IMG/VR virus record: IMGVR_UViG_3300008988_000001
DNA: 62,648 nt
Direction: 5' to 3' (one strand)
From: a virus
A program made the position numbers and the translations under genes. This document shows, piece after piece, positions 18,701-27,249 of this stretch; position 1 is the first letter of the stretch; every line of letters starts with the position of its first letter. Under the pieces are notes generated by a model. It did no database searches and was not told the DNA's origin. It saw only the letters and a list, made by a program, of their open reading frames with translations.

Positions 18701-21700
18701 AATACCTGCCCGGAACTTCTGGTGATCATCCCAGATTTGGCAGCTTTTGCGTTGGCAATCGTCCAGCCTGTACCGTCCAGTTTTTCAAGGGCGATAAACT
18801 GTTTTTTCCATGCAGGTTGGCCGTCGTCCTCTTTGATTATTTTTCCGCCTTTGGTATATCCGCGCTCAGCCGTATCTTTGCGTGCGCCGCCGATCTTTTC
18901 GCCGAAGTCTTCAAGCTTTCCTTCTTCTTTCGCCTGAAGCTCAGGTTCATTGGCTTCCGGTTCCCTGAACATCTCTTCATTCTTCGGCGTAACCTGCTCG
19001 GAAAGCTTCGGGCTTATCTGTGCTTCGGGATTGGTTAAAGAGAAAGTCTCGGCTTCAGATGCGCCGGGGATTTCGGATTGTTTTGATTTTACTTCTTCGG
19101 AAGAAAGTTTTGCGGGCTGTTCAGCTGCGGGTTGTTTTTCTGTTTTTGCCTGTGCGGATACATTGGCAAAGAAATATTCTACTTCTTGGGCATTGGCTTC
19201 AATTTGTTCGGGAGTATACCCTTCGCCCTCAAGCGCTCCAGCAAGCCCGGCTTCAATATCTGCACGACTCTTTTCACTTGTTCCGGCGTTAAATCCGGCT
19301 GCTTCGAGTTCTGTAAGTTGTCCTTCGATCCACTCATTTTCTGCCCTCGCTATGTCACGGTTGATTAAGGTTTCTGCTTTATCAGGAGCGTAAATCTTTC
19401 TGCCCTGGCCGGTCTTCAGAAGCTCAATAACGTGATCCCCGGACTCAATCGGCCACCCGTCTGCCTGTAATATACTCGCTAACTGGTCAGCCGTCAAGCC
19501 GGACTTCGATTTTAAAACACGCCTTGCGTCCACGTCCTGGCGGAGCAATCGGGCGTTGTAATCACCCATGGTTATTTTGAGGCCACCGAGTTCGCTGATT
19601 TTCGTAACAAGGTTCTGTGCGCCGCGGTCTCGCTTGGCTGGCTTCTGGTCAACCTTGACCATCTTCTCTTTGAGCTTCTTATAATAGATGCTCTTTCCTT
19701 CTGGAGCGTTCGGTTTATAAACTACCTCGTACCCTTCCTTCGTGGGAGTATCTTTCAGGGACTTCTGAATACGTCCAATGTCTTTCCGTCCTGCCTTACG
19801 GATGAAGATTTCGGCGGGTTCGGGTGCATTTTCTGCCGGTTTCGTTTCCGCGGACGCGCTTATGGCGTTTGGCGCGGGTTTTTCGGGCTGTTTAACCGCT
19901 GCCCGCTCGTCAAGAGATTTCTGCCTGTCCCGGTCTGTTAATGCTGCCCAATCTTTGGCCTTATATAAATTCCCGATTCTTGCTTCTTCGTCCCTTAACC
20001 ACCGCCACCTGTCGCCCCTTGTCCCTTTTTCAAGGTGTGGATGAATACCAATTTCATCAGACAGCCTTGACCGCTCTTCGCTGAGAACTTGCATTTTATC
20101 CCGCGCGTCCTCGATGTTTCTGGGAACAAAAGACCCCCCGGATTTCGCTTCATCAGCAATACCTGCTGTCGCGGCTTTGGTTTGTGAGAGAGGCGCGGGG
20201 TGTGGTTCATGTATTTTAATTAAATTGTCTATTTGGTCTGCCAGCTTTTTGGCTTCCGTTGCGCTTCTGTCCAGAGCCTCTTTCGCGGTATTATAGTTTG
20301 GTGATGATGGATCAACGGAAGGGGTTGCCTTGGCGGTTTCGCCAGCGCGTTTACGCAGCCTTGCCGCTATTATTTCGGCAACGTCTTTTCTTTCACCGTC
20401 AATAGCGTCCCTAACTGCCGTTACTACGGAATCTTCATCAATATCCAATAACGTAGAAGAGGCGGCAGCCATCGCCTTTTCCAGCGGAGTCCACTGTGCC
20501 GGCTGCTTTCCTTTTACTAATTTATTTTTTTCGTCTGCAAGAGAATCTATTTTGCTATTTAATGTGGCATTTTCGCCTTCCGACGTTGCTCCAGGTTCAA
20601 CGATCTTTTCAGCCTGTGCTTTGGGTGCCTCGGCAGGTAAAGTCCCGGTAGCGGGCAAGGACTGAATTTCCCCGGCTGGTTTTTTATCGAACAGAACTTT
20701 ACCGCTGGGCGCGATTACTCGTTTAACACTTCCCGCCGATGCAAGGTTCCCATCAGCCAGAAGAACATCACCGTTCATGCTGTTGGGTGAAACGATGTTC
20801 ACCTGTTTTTTTGTCCCATCCAGTAATTCAACCTGCAGCCCTGCGAGCCCTTCATGTTTTCCAGTTAATGCGGATTGTAAGTTATCCTCTGCCGGTTTTG
20901 TGAGTTCTGCCAGCCGCTCAGTATCCTTTTTGTATTTTTCTTGAGCATCCTGATATTCGGGCGTCCAATTCATAGCCGCATTCGTATCAAGATAATGTGA
21001 CTGTAAAGCGACGCTCTGCTTCAGATCCCTTATCTCGGTTTCGGTTTGCAACGACTCATTATCGGCTTCCCCCTCTCCTAATTTTTCAGGTACATCTTCA
21101 TCGATGTTCTTTACCGGAATTATTTTCTTAACCCTTTCCATGTCAGCCCTTACCTGGCTCATGGAATCCGGGCGCGGTTCTGTATCATCCTTTACTACCT
21201 GACTTACCTTCTCTTTCAAATTTTCAACGATAACGCCGTTGAGTCCGTCCTTCAGCGCCGGGTATCGCTCTTTGAACCGATCGACGTCTTCCTCTGTGAA
21301 AACACCGTCCTTTTGCGCGCGCTGGATGATCGTGATCGCATCGGCCGGTGAAAAGGTATGGTCACCGACTTTTCCTGTGCGCATCCCGGCGTCGATCATT
21401 CCGGAGAAAGACGCTCCAACTCTGAGGTTTTTAATATACGTGTCTTCTTCCGGCCTTTTGACCGCGCCGGTAATTCCCTGAGCGCCACCGCCGACGACTG
21501 CGCCGGTCATGCCACCAAGGATAAATGAGTTTATGTATTCATCCCATGCTTCAGCGCTGGTGATGGACTTCCCCTCCACGGCTGCCCGCTCAAGAACGCT
21601 TTGCATTGCTTCGGTGGGTGCTTCCATGACAAACTGCTGTCCGGCAACTTTCGCCATCTTTGAGAGCGTTCCGCCTGCAAACTGCGTTGCGTCCTTACCC

Positions 21701-22533
21701 AGCCAGCCAAGCCTTTTCGCCAAATACCATTCAGGCACAATATCAAGAAGGCCTGCGGGAATTGCCCCGGCGAACGCCCTCAGTGGATCGACTTTGCCGT
21801 TTTCCTGCAGCTGATCACCGGCGATAGAACCGGCTTCCATACCGATTGAAGCGCCGGCCGCCCCTGTTATGGCTCCGCCCTTGATTCCTTTTTCAATGAC
21901 CTGCTTGCCGATCATTTCGGCCACGTCCTTTGACGCACCGGCGGCGATAGCTTTTTCTATGGCCCCTTTAGCGGCTGCCTCTACTGCTTTTTTGCCGATA
22001 ACCGCCCCGGCGCCACCGCTGGCCAGAGAAAGAAGCATATTAGGAATATTCGTGGAAACGCCAAAGGCAAGATATTTTGCAAGATCGGACCCGCTTTCAA
22101 TATCAGTAAATGAGGCTACCTGCGGTTTCGGTGATACGGCCTCGACGTCGGCCAGGCCCTCCGCTCCCCATTTCTTTAAAACATCGGATTCGACGGCTTC
22201 CCCTGCCAACGCGCCCAACCCGTAACCCATGCCACGGACTTGATGAACGCCAGCCTTTAATCCTTTGGGGATCTCGCCCAAAATAGAATCGTCTTTCGGA
22301 GCAACTGCAGAAGTCCCGCTGATCAATTTATCCATGAACGAAGGCGGTTGACGGCGCTTTATGTCTTCCTGAACATGCTGGTCGATTCCCGAGTCCTTTT
22401 TCCAGGTGTCATAATCAGGATATTTTTCAGCATATCCGCCGCGTGTAAAAACATCCTTCGCAACGTCATCAAGAGGCGCATCACCGTAGTAGTCTGCATG
22501 TTTTTTCTGATATCCGAGAATGTCGAAAGCCAT
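12754..22533 (-). CDS. Giant (3,259 aa) multidomain virion protein, polyvalent/ejected-protein class. Two HExxH zincin-like modules and a PLxRFG-like C-terminal region.
   Basis: Single uninterrupted ORF. Gly/Ala-rich hydrophobic N-terminal region. HEWFH at 18115..18129 (aa 1469-1473) with EPHEMAARAFAAYVEDK downstream. HESVH at 16210..16224 (aa 2104-2108). C-terminal hydrophobic segments and ANPLRAM at 13150..13164. Confidence 0.9.
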   Translation of the reverse strand: MAFDILGYQKKHADYYGDAPLDDVAKDVFTRGGYAEKYPDYDTWKKDSGIDQHVQEDIKRRQPPSFMDKLISGTSAVAPKDDSILGEIPKGLKAGVHQVRGMGYGLGALAGEAVESDVLKKWGAEGLADVEAVSPKPQVASFTDIESGSDLAKYLAFGVSTNIPNMLLSLASGGAGAVIGKKAVEAAAKGAIEKAIAAGASKDVAEMIGKQVIEKGIKGGAITGAAGASIGMEAGSIAGDQLQENGKVDPLRAFAGAIPAGLLDIVPEWYLAKRLGWLGKDATQFAGGTLSKMAKVAGQQFVMEAPTEAMQSVLERAAVEGKSITSAEAWDEYINSFILGGMTGAVVGGGAQGITGAVKRPEEDTYIKNLRVGASFSGMIDAGMRTGKVGDHTFSPADAITIIQRAQKDGVFTEEDVDRFKERYPALKDGLNGVIVENLKEKVSQVVKDDTEPRPDSMSQVRADMERVKKIIPVKNIDEDVPEKLGEGEADNESLQTETEIRDLKQSVALQSHYLDTNAAMNWTPEYQDAQEKYKKDTERLAELTKPAEDNLQSALTGKHEGLAGLQVELLDGTKKQVNIVSPNSMNGDVLLADGNLASAGSVKRVIAPSGKVLFDKKPAGEIQSLPATGTLPAEAPKAQAEKIVEPGATSEGENATLNSKIDSLADEKNKLVKGKQPAQWTPLEKAMAAASSTLLDIDEDSVVTAVRDAIDGERKDVAEIIAARLRKRAGETAKATPSVDPSSPNYNTAKEALDRSATEAKKLADQIDNLIKIHEPHPAPLSQTKAATAGIADEAKSGGSFVPRNIEDARDKMQVLSEERSRLSDEIGIHPHLEKGTRGDRWRWLRDEEARIGNLYKAKDWAALTDRDRQKSLDERAAVKQPEKPAPNAISASAETKPAENAPEPAEIFIRKAGRKDIGRIQKSLKDTPTKEGYEVVYKPNAPEGKSIYYKKLKEKMVKVDQKPAKRDRGAQNLVTKISELGGLKITMGDYNARLLRQDVDARRVLKSKSGLTADQLASILQADGWPIESGDHVIELLKTGQGRKIYAPDKAETLINRDIARAENEWIEGQLTELEAAGFNAGTSEKSRADIEAGLAGALEGEGYTPEQIEANAQEVEYFFANVSAQAKTEKQPAAEQPAKLSSEEVKSKQSEIPGASEAETFSLTNPEAQISPKLSEQVTPKNEEMFREPEANEPELQAKEEGKLEDFGEKIGGARKDTAERGYTKGGKIIKEDDGQPAWKKQFIALEKLDGTGWTIANAKAAKSGMITRSSGQVFSTQEEAEKAIPLFAVAQSHRVFESRENKGQWAIYKKVGERKLFKVVNQEFPSREDGMKHMAEHAEEILNIKTTFGEEILPVPEIAKRTGAERRTTDATPEIFNETFAPRAIEFGNWNNQEERQQVLNHAYDGLLDLADALNVSPKALMLNGDMAIAFGARGQGLSGAKAHYEPDYGVINLTKMKGAGSLAHEWFHSFDHYLARIDTKATSNKTANKRGDLTYPRQADSHTFQSHGESIRSKLRPELQASYKSLMEGMYKKAEQYVEDTKVADRFLSAARENLSNELKGIRRSLEEDHSDWVKYNKKWAKYGKPATAEQLSEFDRLSNILIEGGDLETSFRYNNPEGANTPMQRPAGMSRATHGRLTAHRWTNDTLENINAIMKSVRNRQGFNSERTGSLDQLRGAMNTYSARLKMLNDANNKTEKTKKVSTNYAIEAKKMDQARTGDYWSEPHEMAARAFAAYVEDKIAEKGGQSDFLVYHAHGGIFLPMIDGFVARPYPEGKERIAINKAFDDFIGILQTRETDKGVEMYSVKQRDAIRENASFSEQLDDFAAGKITNRLEPITIGRTPEVLERLGAEQLPLVITQGTVEKVASGKHSISIETLKQLPAHIDDPIMIFDSATEADSLVVMTELQQDGKTIVAAIRLSKQLGRNVVNDIASVYGKDSDGIFVKWINDGLLRYMNKGKSRAWSVTSGLQLPTVRGSKLGSGKKILFDYDLVKEKYAAAEQVETIPMPTLADVQNAFKGQEVREVPGGFMIGLNNGRIVTIAEVNHISINEMNLSIGYGRKNLGQDEVVSGGYGYNKELGTGVIKLVRGAADRWALHHESVHLMEDIGVLNQNEINLLQRHIKNLAEEGKFKTANKKDIGGAEDRANFIADALTKEPKGLLGRTVAKIQDFIDKLVNAFGIRTVKGITRDIKSGSVYNRTTDKSALTDEAYSVKHDEIGNAIRNVYRDDKFWDILLNHKPIWAGPFDGGCLVCARAIIESTGRGELVRMASNLNNAEHYGARIDGVIYDFDGAHNSPAQWIKWFAQKEGITDRTLQFKEGYAENKEIIDDPATTSKIAKMLKAKLERGEQYSIRAQQDPPVSKDPKVLNLYLKDETAALIQTINNKLHPKQMTWWEAMLKSPEWFSHPQIRNVVKLFIRDRNEIYHETFNDLNAADDIDAPEDTVVEAAKALKNKGLSLADRMAGKVSPEYQRLQEIIDEGDTSWKRNTSRTLDQQLKDFEDHIRKNSTEDTIRVWKLYRQSYDKALDLQTQQLRTMIEELIEEANFRGETPDLNELKQTLKGALAQMEEWKGFYAPRLRESGNWKVQAYKEHGPMKENREYYREHRGSELGAHRLANKLQREGWTIYNVGEVERIPETIYQDVNAVATAKLIDSALEKLSKKSELRNDLTVKFNEEVLREVSNAIKARGFRSTMIHRGNGVVRGFIEDPMQRHLQYINSLSGGISKARVARLAMKQLLGEKFEGKQIGGIDPVKDPQAFQTAQNYIEEQLRNAEPIDRVIGLAKSIATFKFLGFNLRSLTVNMTAIVTTAPAAIHQYALGGKGSMFGILRELGIAGKDYAALMAGRKLSNPDEASFMNEVHKKGWDDAQYTREALGEISKAHSRIWSSMMDGSMYLFGKSERWNRGTTVLAAYRLARRSGLGHVEAAERAKDATDKAHGVYGKSTMPMWAQGANPAAKLGQMIYVYQKFGHNYLQMLYDMGLKKHNIKGAMFAFLSPLVLAGGAALPFKDAIFGFAGVILKALFGEDRDPEKWVWDEIRKHLGADAEKIGRHGLTGAAGIDISGSLSIGVGVPKNFMDLTGAIGGVATEIKEAGENLSRGNAGRAAEHLLPSGFANPLRAMREREEGVSTRNSRRVWDEKGKPFAPGTGETAARAVGFRSTNQAVLSERTWEGHREQAKFADMRNAIYEKYRAWILGGRDKDEYRKIVADVREFNDKVKSIRGETFITSESLRNQAKRMQRPSKKERAILID

Positions 22534-22545
22534 TAAAAACCCCTT

Positions 22546-23481
22546 TTATTGTCCGTATGCGTCCAGCATTGCTTTCCTTTTTTTATTCCTTTGAATTTGG
22601 AACTCACTCTCTGTTTTCAAGACATCGCTTCGGACCGCTCCGGGCAACCTGCTTTTATAACCCACGATATCCTGAAGCTCTTTTTCCTGAGAGGCCGGGG
22701 ACAGCTGGTTTCTTATATCTTTGATTTCTCTCTGCCTCTTGTAATCCTTGATTGCCGCGTCATCCGATGCCCCTGAATCCACCCATAATTTAGGCGGCTG
22801 TTCAGGCCTTATCGTGGATATCGCCGGAGCTTCTATCGCCGGAGGCTGGATAAATGCCTTTCTCGTGGGAGAAGTAGGTGCGGTGACTGCGGGCAGAGCA
22901 GGAGCTGCGGGTGCCGGAGTTCGGATTGGAGAAGTCTCGAAAGAATTGAAATCATCTGGAGCCTTTCCTCTGCTCATCGCAAGCATCATGTCCCTTGCTT
23001 TCTTCTTGTCTTCTGGAGGGGCGAGGTTGTCTTCCAGTATAGCAGACAAGGCCTTCACTCTTTCTGATTGAAATCCTTTGTCTGTTTTGTATATTTCCGA
23101 AGTATAGGACTTATCGGCTTTGTATAATTCCGAATCACGAGTATTATCAGAAGTGTATTGCGATCCGCGCAAGCCCTGATCTGCTGCGTATTTTGTTGCT
23201 TCGCTGGCCAGCCGCTGCCGCGCAAGTGCGCCCGTGTTGATTACTTCCTGCTGTGCAAGATCGCCGGTGTTTTTAAGCGTTTGCACATTTTCCAGCCCGG
23301 TATTGGATAAGCCTTGTTTTTCCATAGCAAACCGATGCTTTCGCAGATCATCGTCAATGGCGTTATTCCGCGCCTGCGTTTGATCGTGCCCGCTGACATA
23401 GTTTGCGTTGTTCTTCTGTTTCATGGATTCCCGGGCGAGACCCAAGACTTCATCGATTAATGCTTGCAGGTTCAGTCCCAT
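22546..23481 (-). CDS. Hypothetical virion protein with a Pro/Ala-rich linker
   Basis: 311-aa ORF directly upstream of the giant gene. Contains a PAPAAPALPAVTAPTSP linker. Confidence 0.6.
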   Translation of the reverse strand: MGLNLQALIDEVLGLARESMKQKNNANYVSGHDQTQARNNAIDDDLRKHRFAMEKQGLSNTGLENVQTLKNTGDLAQQEVINTGALARQRLASEATKYAADQGLRGSQYTSDNTRDSELYKADKSYTSEIYKTDKGFQSERVKALSAILEDNLAPPEDKKKARDMMLAMSRGKAPDDFNSFETSPIRTPAPAAPALPAVTAPTSPTRKAFIQPPAIEAPAISTIRPEQPPKLWVDSGASDDAAIKDYKRQREIKDIRNQLSPASQEKELQDIVGYKSRLPGAVRSDVLKTESEFQIQRNKKRKAMLDAYGQ

Positions 23482-23530
23482 GGTTTTTCTCCTTATCGCT
23501 TATGGTTATAAACATTATAACATAAATTTA

Positions 23531-24868
23531 TTACTTAATCTTGTAAAACGTTGCCGGTATGATGGCCAAATTTGATTTTACCGTTGCAGCGTCCGTCGAT
23601 TTCAAATGAACCTGATCCAGCCATGTAAATGATTTCTCCGCTGCCGTTGCGGTGTCGTTTACTTTCATAATTGCCACCCGGTCCCCGATGGCGTATGCAA
23701 AAAAATCAGATGATTCTATTTTAACTTCACAACCTTGAATCTTTACGGTGTATAGATTGCCTATGCCCCCATCGGTGCGCGCCGCTTCCAGTATGACTGC
23801 GGTAATTATCCCGGAGGTAAGATTATCGGTCTCCATCCAGTTTCCGGCATAAAGGAAAGGGGAAGATTCCTGAAACCACCAGACATGAGGCGGTACAGTC
23901 ACCGGCCGGCAAAGTATGCCGATGAATTCACCGGGTACGGGCAAAGTGCTGTTCTTGTGAATCCAGTACCGCATCCATAGTTTTGGCTTGACGTCTTCCG
24001 GGTACTTCTCCATTTTCGAGGAAAATAGTTCCACGTCCCTGCTGACTGGGCTTTCGCTTTCCTTGGTAAGGCGATTTGTTGTGGCCGTTTCCGGGACGAG
24101 ATAACCACTTTCAATTAAATGTTTTCCAAAGCAATAATTCTGCCCGGCGATTGCGTTGCCGTTACTGTCCTTCATATCGGGAAACATTTCAGGGGTTTCT
24201 TGAAGAGAAGGTTTTTCTTTATCTTCCAGGGTAGGGGCGGCTTTCGGCCAATACAGCACTGCATTATTGTCAACGGCCGTGAATTTATATCCGGACAACA
24301 CTGTTTCCTGCAAAAGAGAAACGACTTCCATCACGCCCAGCTGGCCGATGGGAAATGAAATGTATCCGACGTAATCATTTGGCGTGAAGTCCTTCGGGCC
24401 ATCAGAAGGGTATTGAGCCCCCTTCCCTTGCTTCCAGAATTCAAACGCTATTGTATTTATCCAGTAAATCCCGTTATTGGCATACTGCGTAGGGATGATT
24501 TCACCGAAGCCTTCTTCAATGCCAAGTTGATCCTTCAGGTCCGTCAAAACCTTTAGCGGCTTCAGACCGGTCAATGGAGACAGAAAGCTCAGGTTCGCCG
24601 CGAGGTACGGGGTGTAATCGTAATGCTTAAAATCTTCCCACGCATTATAATATTTCTGCATTAAGTTATCGTGATAGAACAAGTACCACAGATCGTAGGC
24701 AATCGGCACGGAAGAGGCGGTATTGGTGTCGCTGCGCACAAAATCACCCGGCTCCATCGTGGCCACCAAGCCGTCGATTTTATCAACAAAATAAGAAAGG
24801 GCGTTGCCGCTTCCAGCCAAGCCTTTCATGCTCGCCAAAATTCGGGCTATTTGTTCTTTATCCGCCAT
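23531..24868 (-). CDS. Hypothetical virion/tail protein
   Basis: 445-aa ORF in the structural array. Confidence 0.6.
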   Translation of the reverse strand: MADKEQIARILASMKGLAGSGNALSYFVDKIDGLVATMEPGDFVRSDTNTASSVPIAYDLWYLFYHDNLMQKYYNAWEDFKHYDYTPYLAANLSFLSPLTGLKPLKVLTDLKDQLGIEEGFGEIIPTQYANNGIYWINTIAFEFWKQGKGAQYPSDGPKDFTPNDYVGYISFPIGQLGVMEVVSLLQETVLSGYKFTAVDNNAVLYWPKAAPTLEDKEKPSLQETPEMFPDMKDSNGNAIAGQNYCFGKHLIESGYLVPETATTNRLTKESESPVSRDVELFSSKMEKYPEDVKPKLWMRYWIHKNSTLPVPGEFIGILCRPVTVPPHVWWFQESSPFLYAGNWMETDNLTSGIITAVILEAARTDGGIGNLYTVKIQGCEVKIESSDFFAYAIGDRVAIMKVNDTATAAEKSFTWLDQVHLKSTDAATVKSNLAIIPATFYKIK

Positions 24869-26025
24869 TATTTCTTCTTCTCAACTGTATGCGTCAACGT
24901 GGTTTTTATGTTCGCTGTTGCCAATTTCTCTTCGGCTGCTATTGCGGCGGACACCTTCAGCCATACGTTGCTCGCCTTTGCATCCATTACCGATACTTTT
25001 GTAGTATCGAGTGATTCTTGAAGCGTCTTATCAGCATTGGCAAAAGTGACGTCAAGATTTGAAGCGGCCAGTTTGTTTTCGTGATCGAGGTCTTTTTCCT
25101 GCCGGTGCATTACTATGGAATCTTCCCGGCCCGCCTGTTTCACATCCATCAAATCCCGTTTGTTTTCGTAATTGGTTTGCACCTGCTGAGTCAAAGTGGT
25201 GCGAACGTGATCGATTTCCTCTTCCACTTCATTAGTCTTTGCTCCGGCCAGCGTTACCCTGGCGGCAGATACGCCTAACTCTGCCTCGGCAACATCCGTT
25301 TTTGCCTGTTCAATGGTGAGTTCGCTTCCCAATAAATCGATTTTATTCATAGATCGGTCTATCTCGGATATGTCTATTTTTGTCCGGGCGGTTTTCAGGT
25401 CAATATCCACAAGCTCCTGCGCGGCCTGCACGGTGGCGATTTGTATTCTCAATACGGCATTGGCCGTGTCCAGTTTTTGAATATCCACTTTGGACGATTG
25501 AATTGCTTTCTCTGCGATTGCAATATTAACCTCGCTGAGATTCATGCCCTCGATGGCGATATACGCCTGAAGCTCGGTGATCCGGGCGGCCGTCTTTTCG
25601 GTTTCGCTGCTTACCCTCTCCGCAAGAGTTTGAAGCGCTGCTTGATCAGTGGATAATGCGGCTGTTTTTGCATCCCAGATATCATCATCCGCCTCAATGC
25701 CTGCCCGCTTCGTGATCATTTTTTCATCATGAATGAGTTTGTCGATTCCGGCGAGGTATCGTTTTGATACGATATCAGCGACAACCGCCTGTTCCTGCGT
25801 GTTCAATTCCGCTATTTTGGAATTGTAATCAGCAAGAAGATTCGCCAGATCAGCGGCCTCGATTTCGACCAAATACTTATTTTGGTTCAAATACGAATTT
25901 GAATAAAGGCCGTAGATAATTCCACGCTCATTCGTTTGTGTGGCGTTAAATGAGAATGAATGGACGAATGGCGTCCATATCTTATTTTCTCGCGCTTTGG
26001 CTCTTGCGTATGCTTCAGTTGACAT
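24868..26025 (-). CDS. Coiled-coil virion protein
   Basis: 385-aa ORF, predominantly heptad-like A/E/K/L/I/T-rich sequence. Confidence 0.6.
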   Translation of the reverse strand: MSTEAYARAKARENKIWTPFVHSFSFNATQTNERGIIYGLYSNSYLNQNKYLVEIEAADLANLLADYNSKIAELNTQEQAVVADIVSKRYLAGIDKLIHDEKMITKRAGIEADDDIWDAKTAALSTDQAALQTLAERVSSETEKTAARITELQAYIAIEGMNLSEVNIAIAEKAIQSSKVDIQKLDTANAVLRIQIATVQAAQELVDIDLKTARTKIDISEIDRSMNKIDLLGSELTIEQAKTDVAEAELGVSAARVTLAGAKTNEVEEEIDHVRTTLTQQVQTNYENKRDLMDVKQAGREDSIVMHRQEKDLDHENKLAASNLDVTFANADKTLQESLDTTKVSVMDAKASNVWLKVSAAIAAEEKLATANIKTTLTHTVEKKK

Positions 26026-26029
26026 ATGT

Positions 26030-27241
26030 TTATCCTATGAGATGTTTAAGTTCTGCCGTTAACTCAGCCGCCGTCGCCTTGACATCCGCAACTTTCTGCA
26101 TCTCATCAATCTGGTATGCGGTGATTCTACTGGCGGCGCTCTTTTCGCCATTTGCCAACGTGTTCTCGCTGGTTAATTTGGTTGAATTCCGGATCGTCTC
26201 GACGGTGGTCTTGTCATCGATAATCTTCGTCATGGTCGAGCGATCATCTTCGAGTCCTTCTGTAAAGTCCGCTTTGGCGGCATTCTGGAAAGTCTCAGTT
26301 AATTCCTTTTCATGTGAAACAAGTTCTTGCTCATTCACGAATTCGGCATCGGCCAGAGTTCGCTTTTCGCCCATCAGTTCAAGTTTCTTTGTTTCTGTTT
26401 CAATCTCCGCGGTGAGTTCCCGCACCTGATAACCGGCTTTCGCAACGGCCGCCGTCGCCTGGGCTATTTTTTCATCGGCTATCTGTTCTTCAGTCGGGAT
26501 TTGTTCAGCCGTGATCTTTGCCGCGTATTCTTCCGCCTTTGTCGCCAGAGCATTCACAAAGGGCGTTAAAGTCTCTTTCTTGGCCGATACTGCATTTTCC
26601 GCCGCAATTAATTTTGTGTACTCCGCCGCCTTTGATTGTTCGATAATAAGGAGTTCCTGTTCTTTGGTCAGGATCTGCTCGATGATCGGAAGAATCTCAA
26701 GCTTCTTCTGCGCGGTTAAAAGCTTTCCGTTCGCCAGCTGTACCTCATAGGGCGATACATCCCCTTCCAGCCCGGCCAATGTCTTTTTGTAGGCCTCCAT
26801 TGCCAGATCAATAGCGGTCTTGGCCTCCGTTAAAGCAATCGCTCTTCTGGATACTTCGATGGCCAGTAGGTCCAGGGTTGCCTCGGCTGCCGCCTCTCCC
26901 CTCTTTATGCCCTGCAGTTCAGCGTTCCAGGCGGTCATCAGGGTCTGTTTTTCAAGTTCCCAGGCCATGGCCGCCGTCTTATAGGATTGGTCATAATTGA
27001 AACCGGTTTGCTTGAGCTCGCGCTCAATCGTTTCCGCGATGATCTTCATGTTCAACTCGGAAATATTTATTTTGGCGGCGCGTTCAATCCGGTTTTCTGC
27101 GTCGTATGCGAACCCGGGCATCTTAAGGAACCCCCGGCCGGCGACCTCCGACACCAGCTGAGCGTGCTCATCCTGATACTTGGAAATGATCGGGGACTTC
27201 CCTTTTCTGAATTGTGCTTGCTCTCGTAATTGCTCGGTCAT
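26030..27241 (-). CDS. Coiled-coil virion protein
   Basis: 403-aa ORF, helical and charged. Adjacent to the other coiled-coil gene. Confidence 0.6.
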   Translation of the reverse strand: MTEQLREQAQFRKGKSPIISKYQDEHAQLVSEVAGRGFLKMPGFAYDAENRIERAAKINISELNMKIIAETIERELKQTGFNYDQSYKTAAMAWELEKQTLMTAWNAELQGIKRGEAAAEATLDLLAIEVSRRAIALTEAKTAIDLAMEAYKKTLAGLEGDVSPYEVQLANGKLLTAQKKLEILPIIEQILTKEQELLIIEQSKAAEYTKLIAAENAVSAKKETLTPFVNALATKAEEYAAKITAEQIPTEEQIADEKIAQATAAVAKAGYQVRELTAEIETETKKLELMGEKRTLADAEFVNEQELVSHEKELTETFQNAAKADFTEGLEDDRSTMTKIIDDKTTVETIRNSTKLTSENTLANGEKSAASRITAYQIDEMQKVADVKATAAELTAELKHLIG

Positions 27242-27249
27242 AGAATCCT

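Noticed and set aside
13028-22225. Dozens of 60-190-aa plus-strand ORFs inside the giant gene (for example 13189..13758, 18190..18576, 18950..19393)
   Set aside because: All lie antisense to, or out of frame with, a single 9.8-kb uninterrupted minus-strand ORF. Their low-complexity Ser/Ala/Phe-rich translations are typical antisense artefacts.
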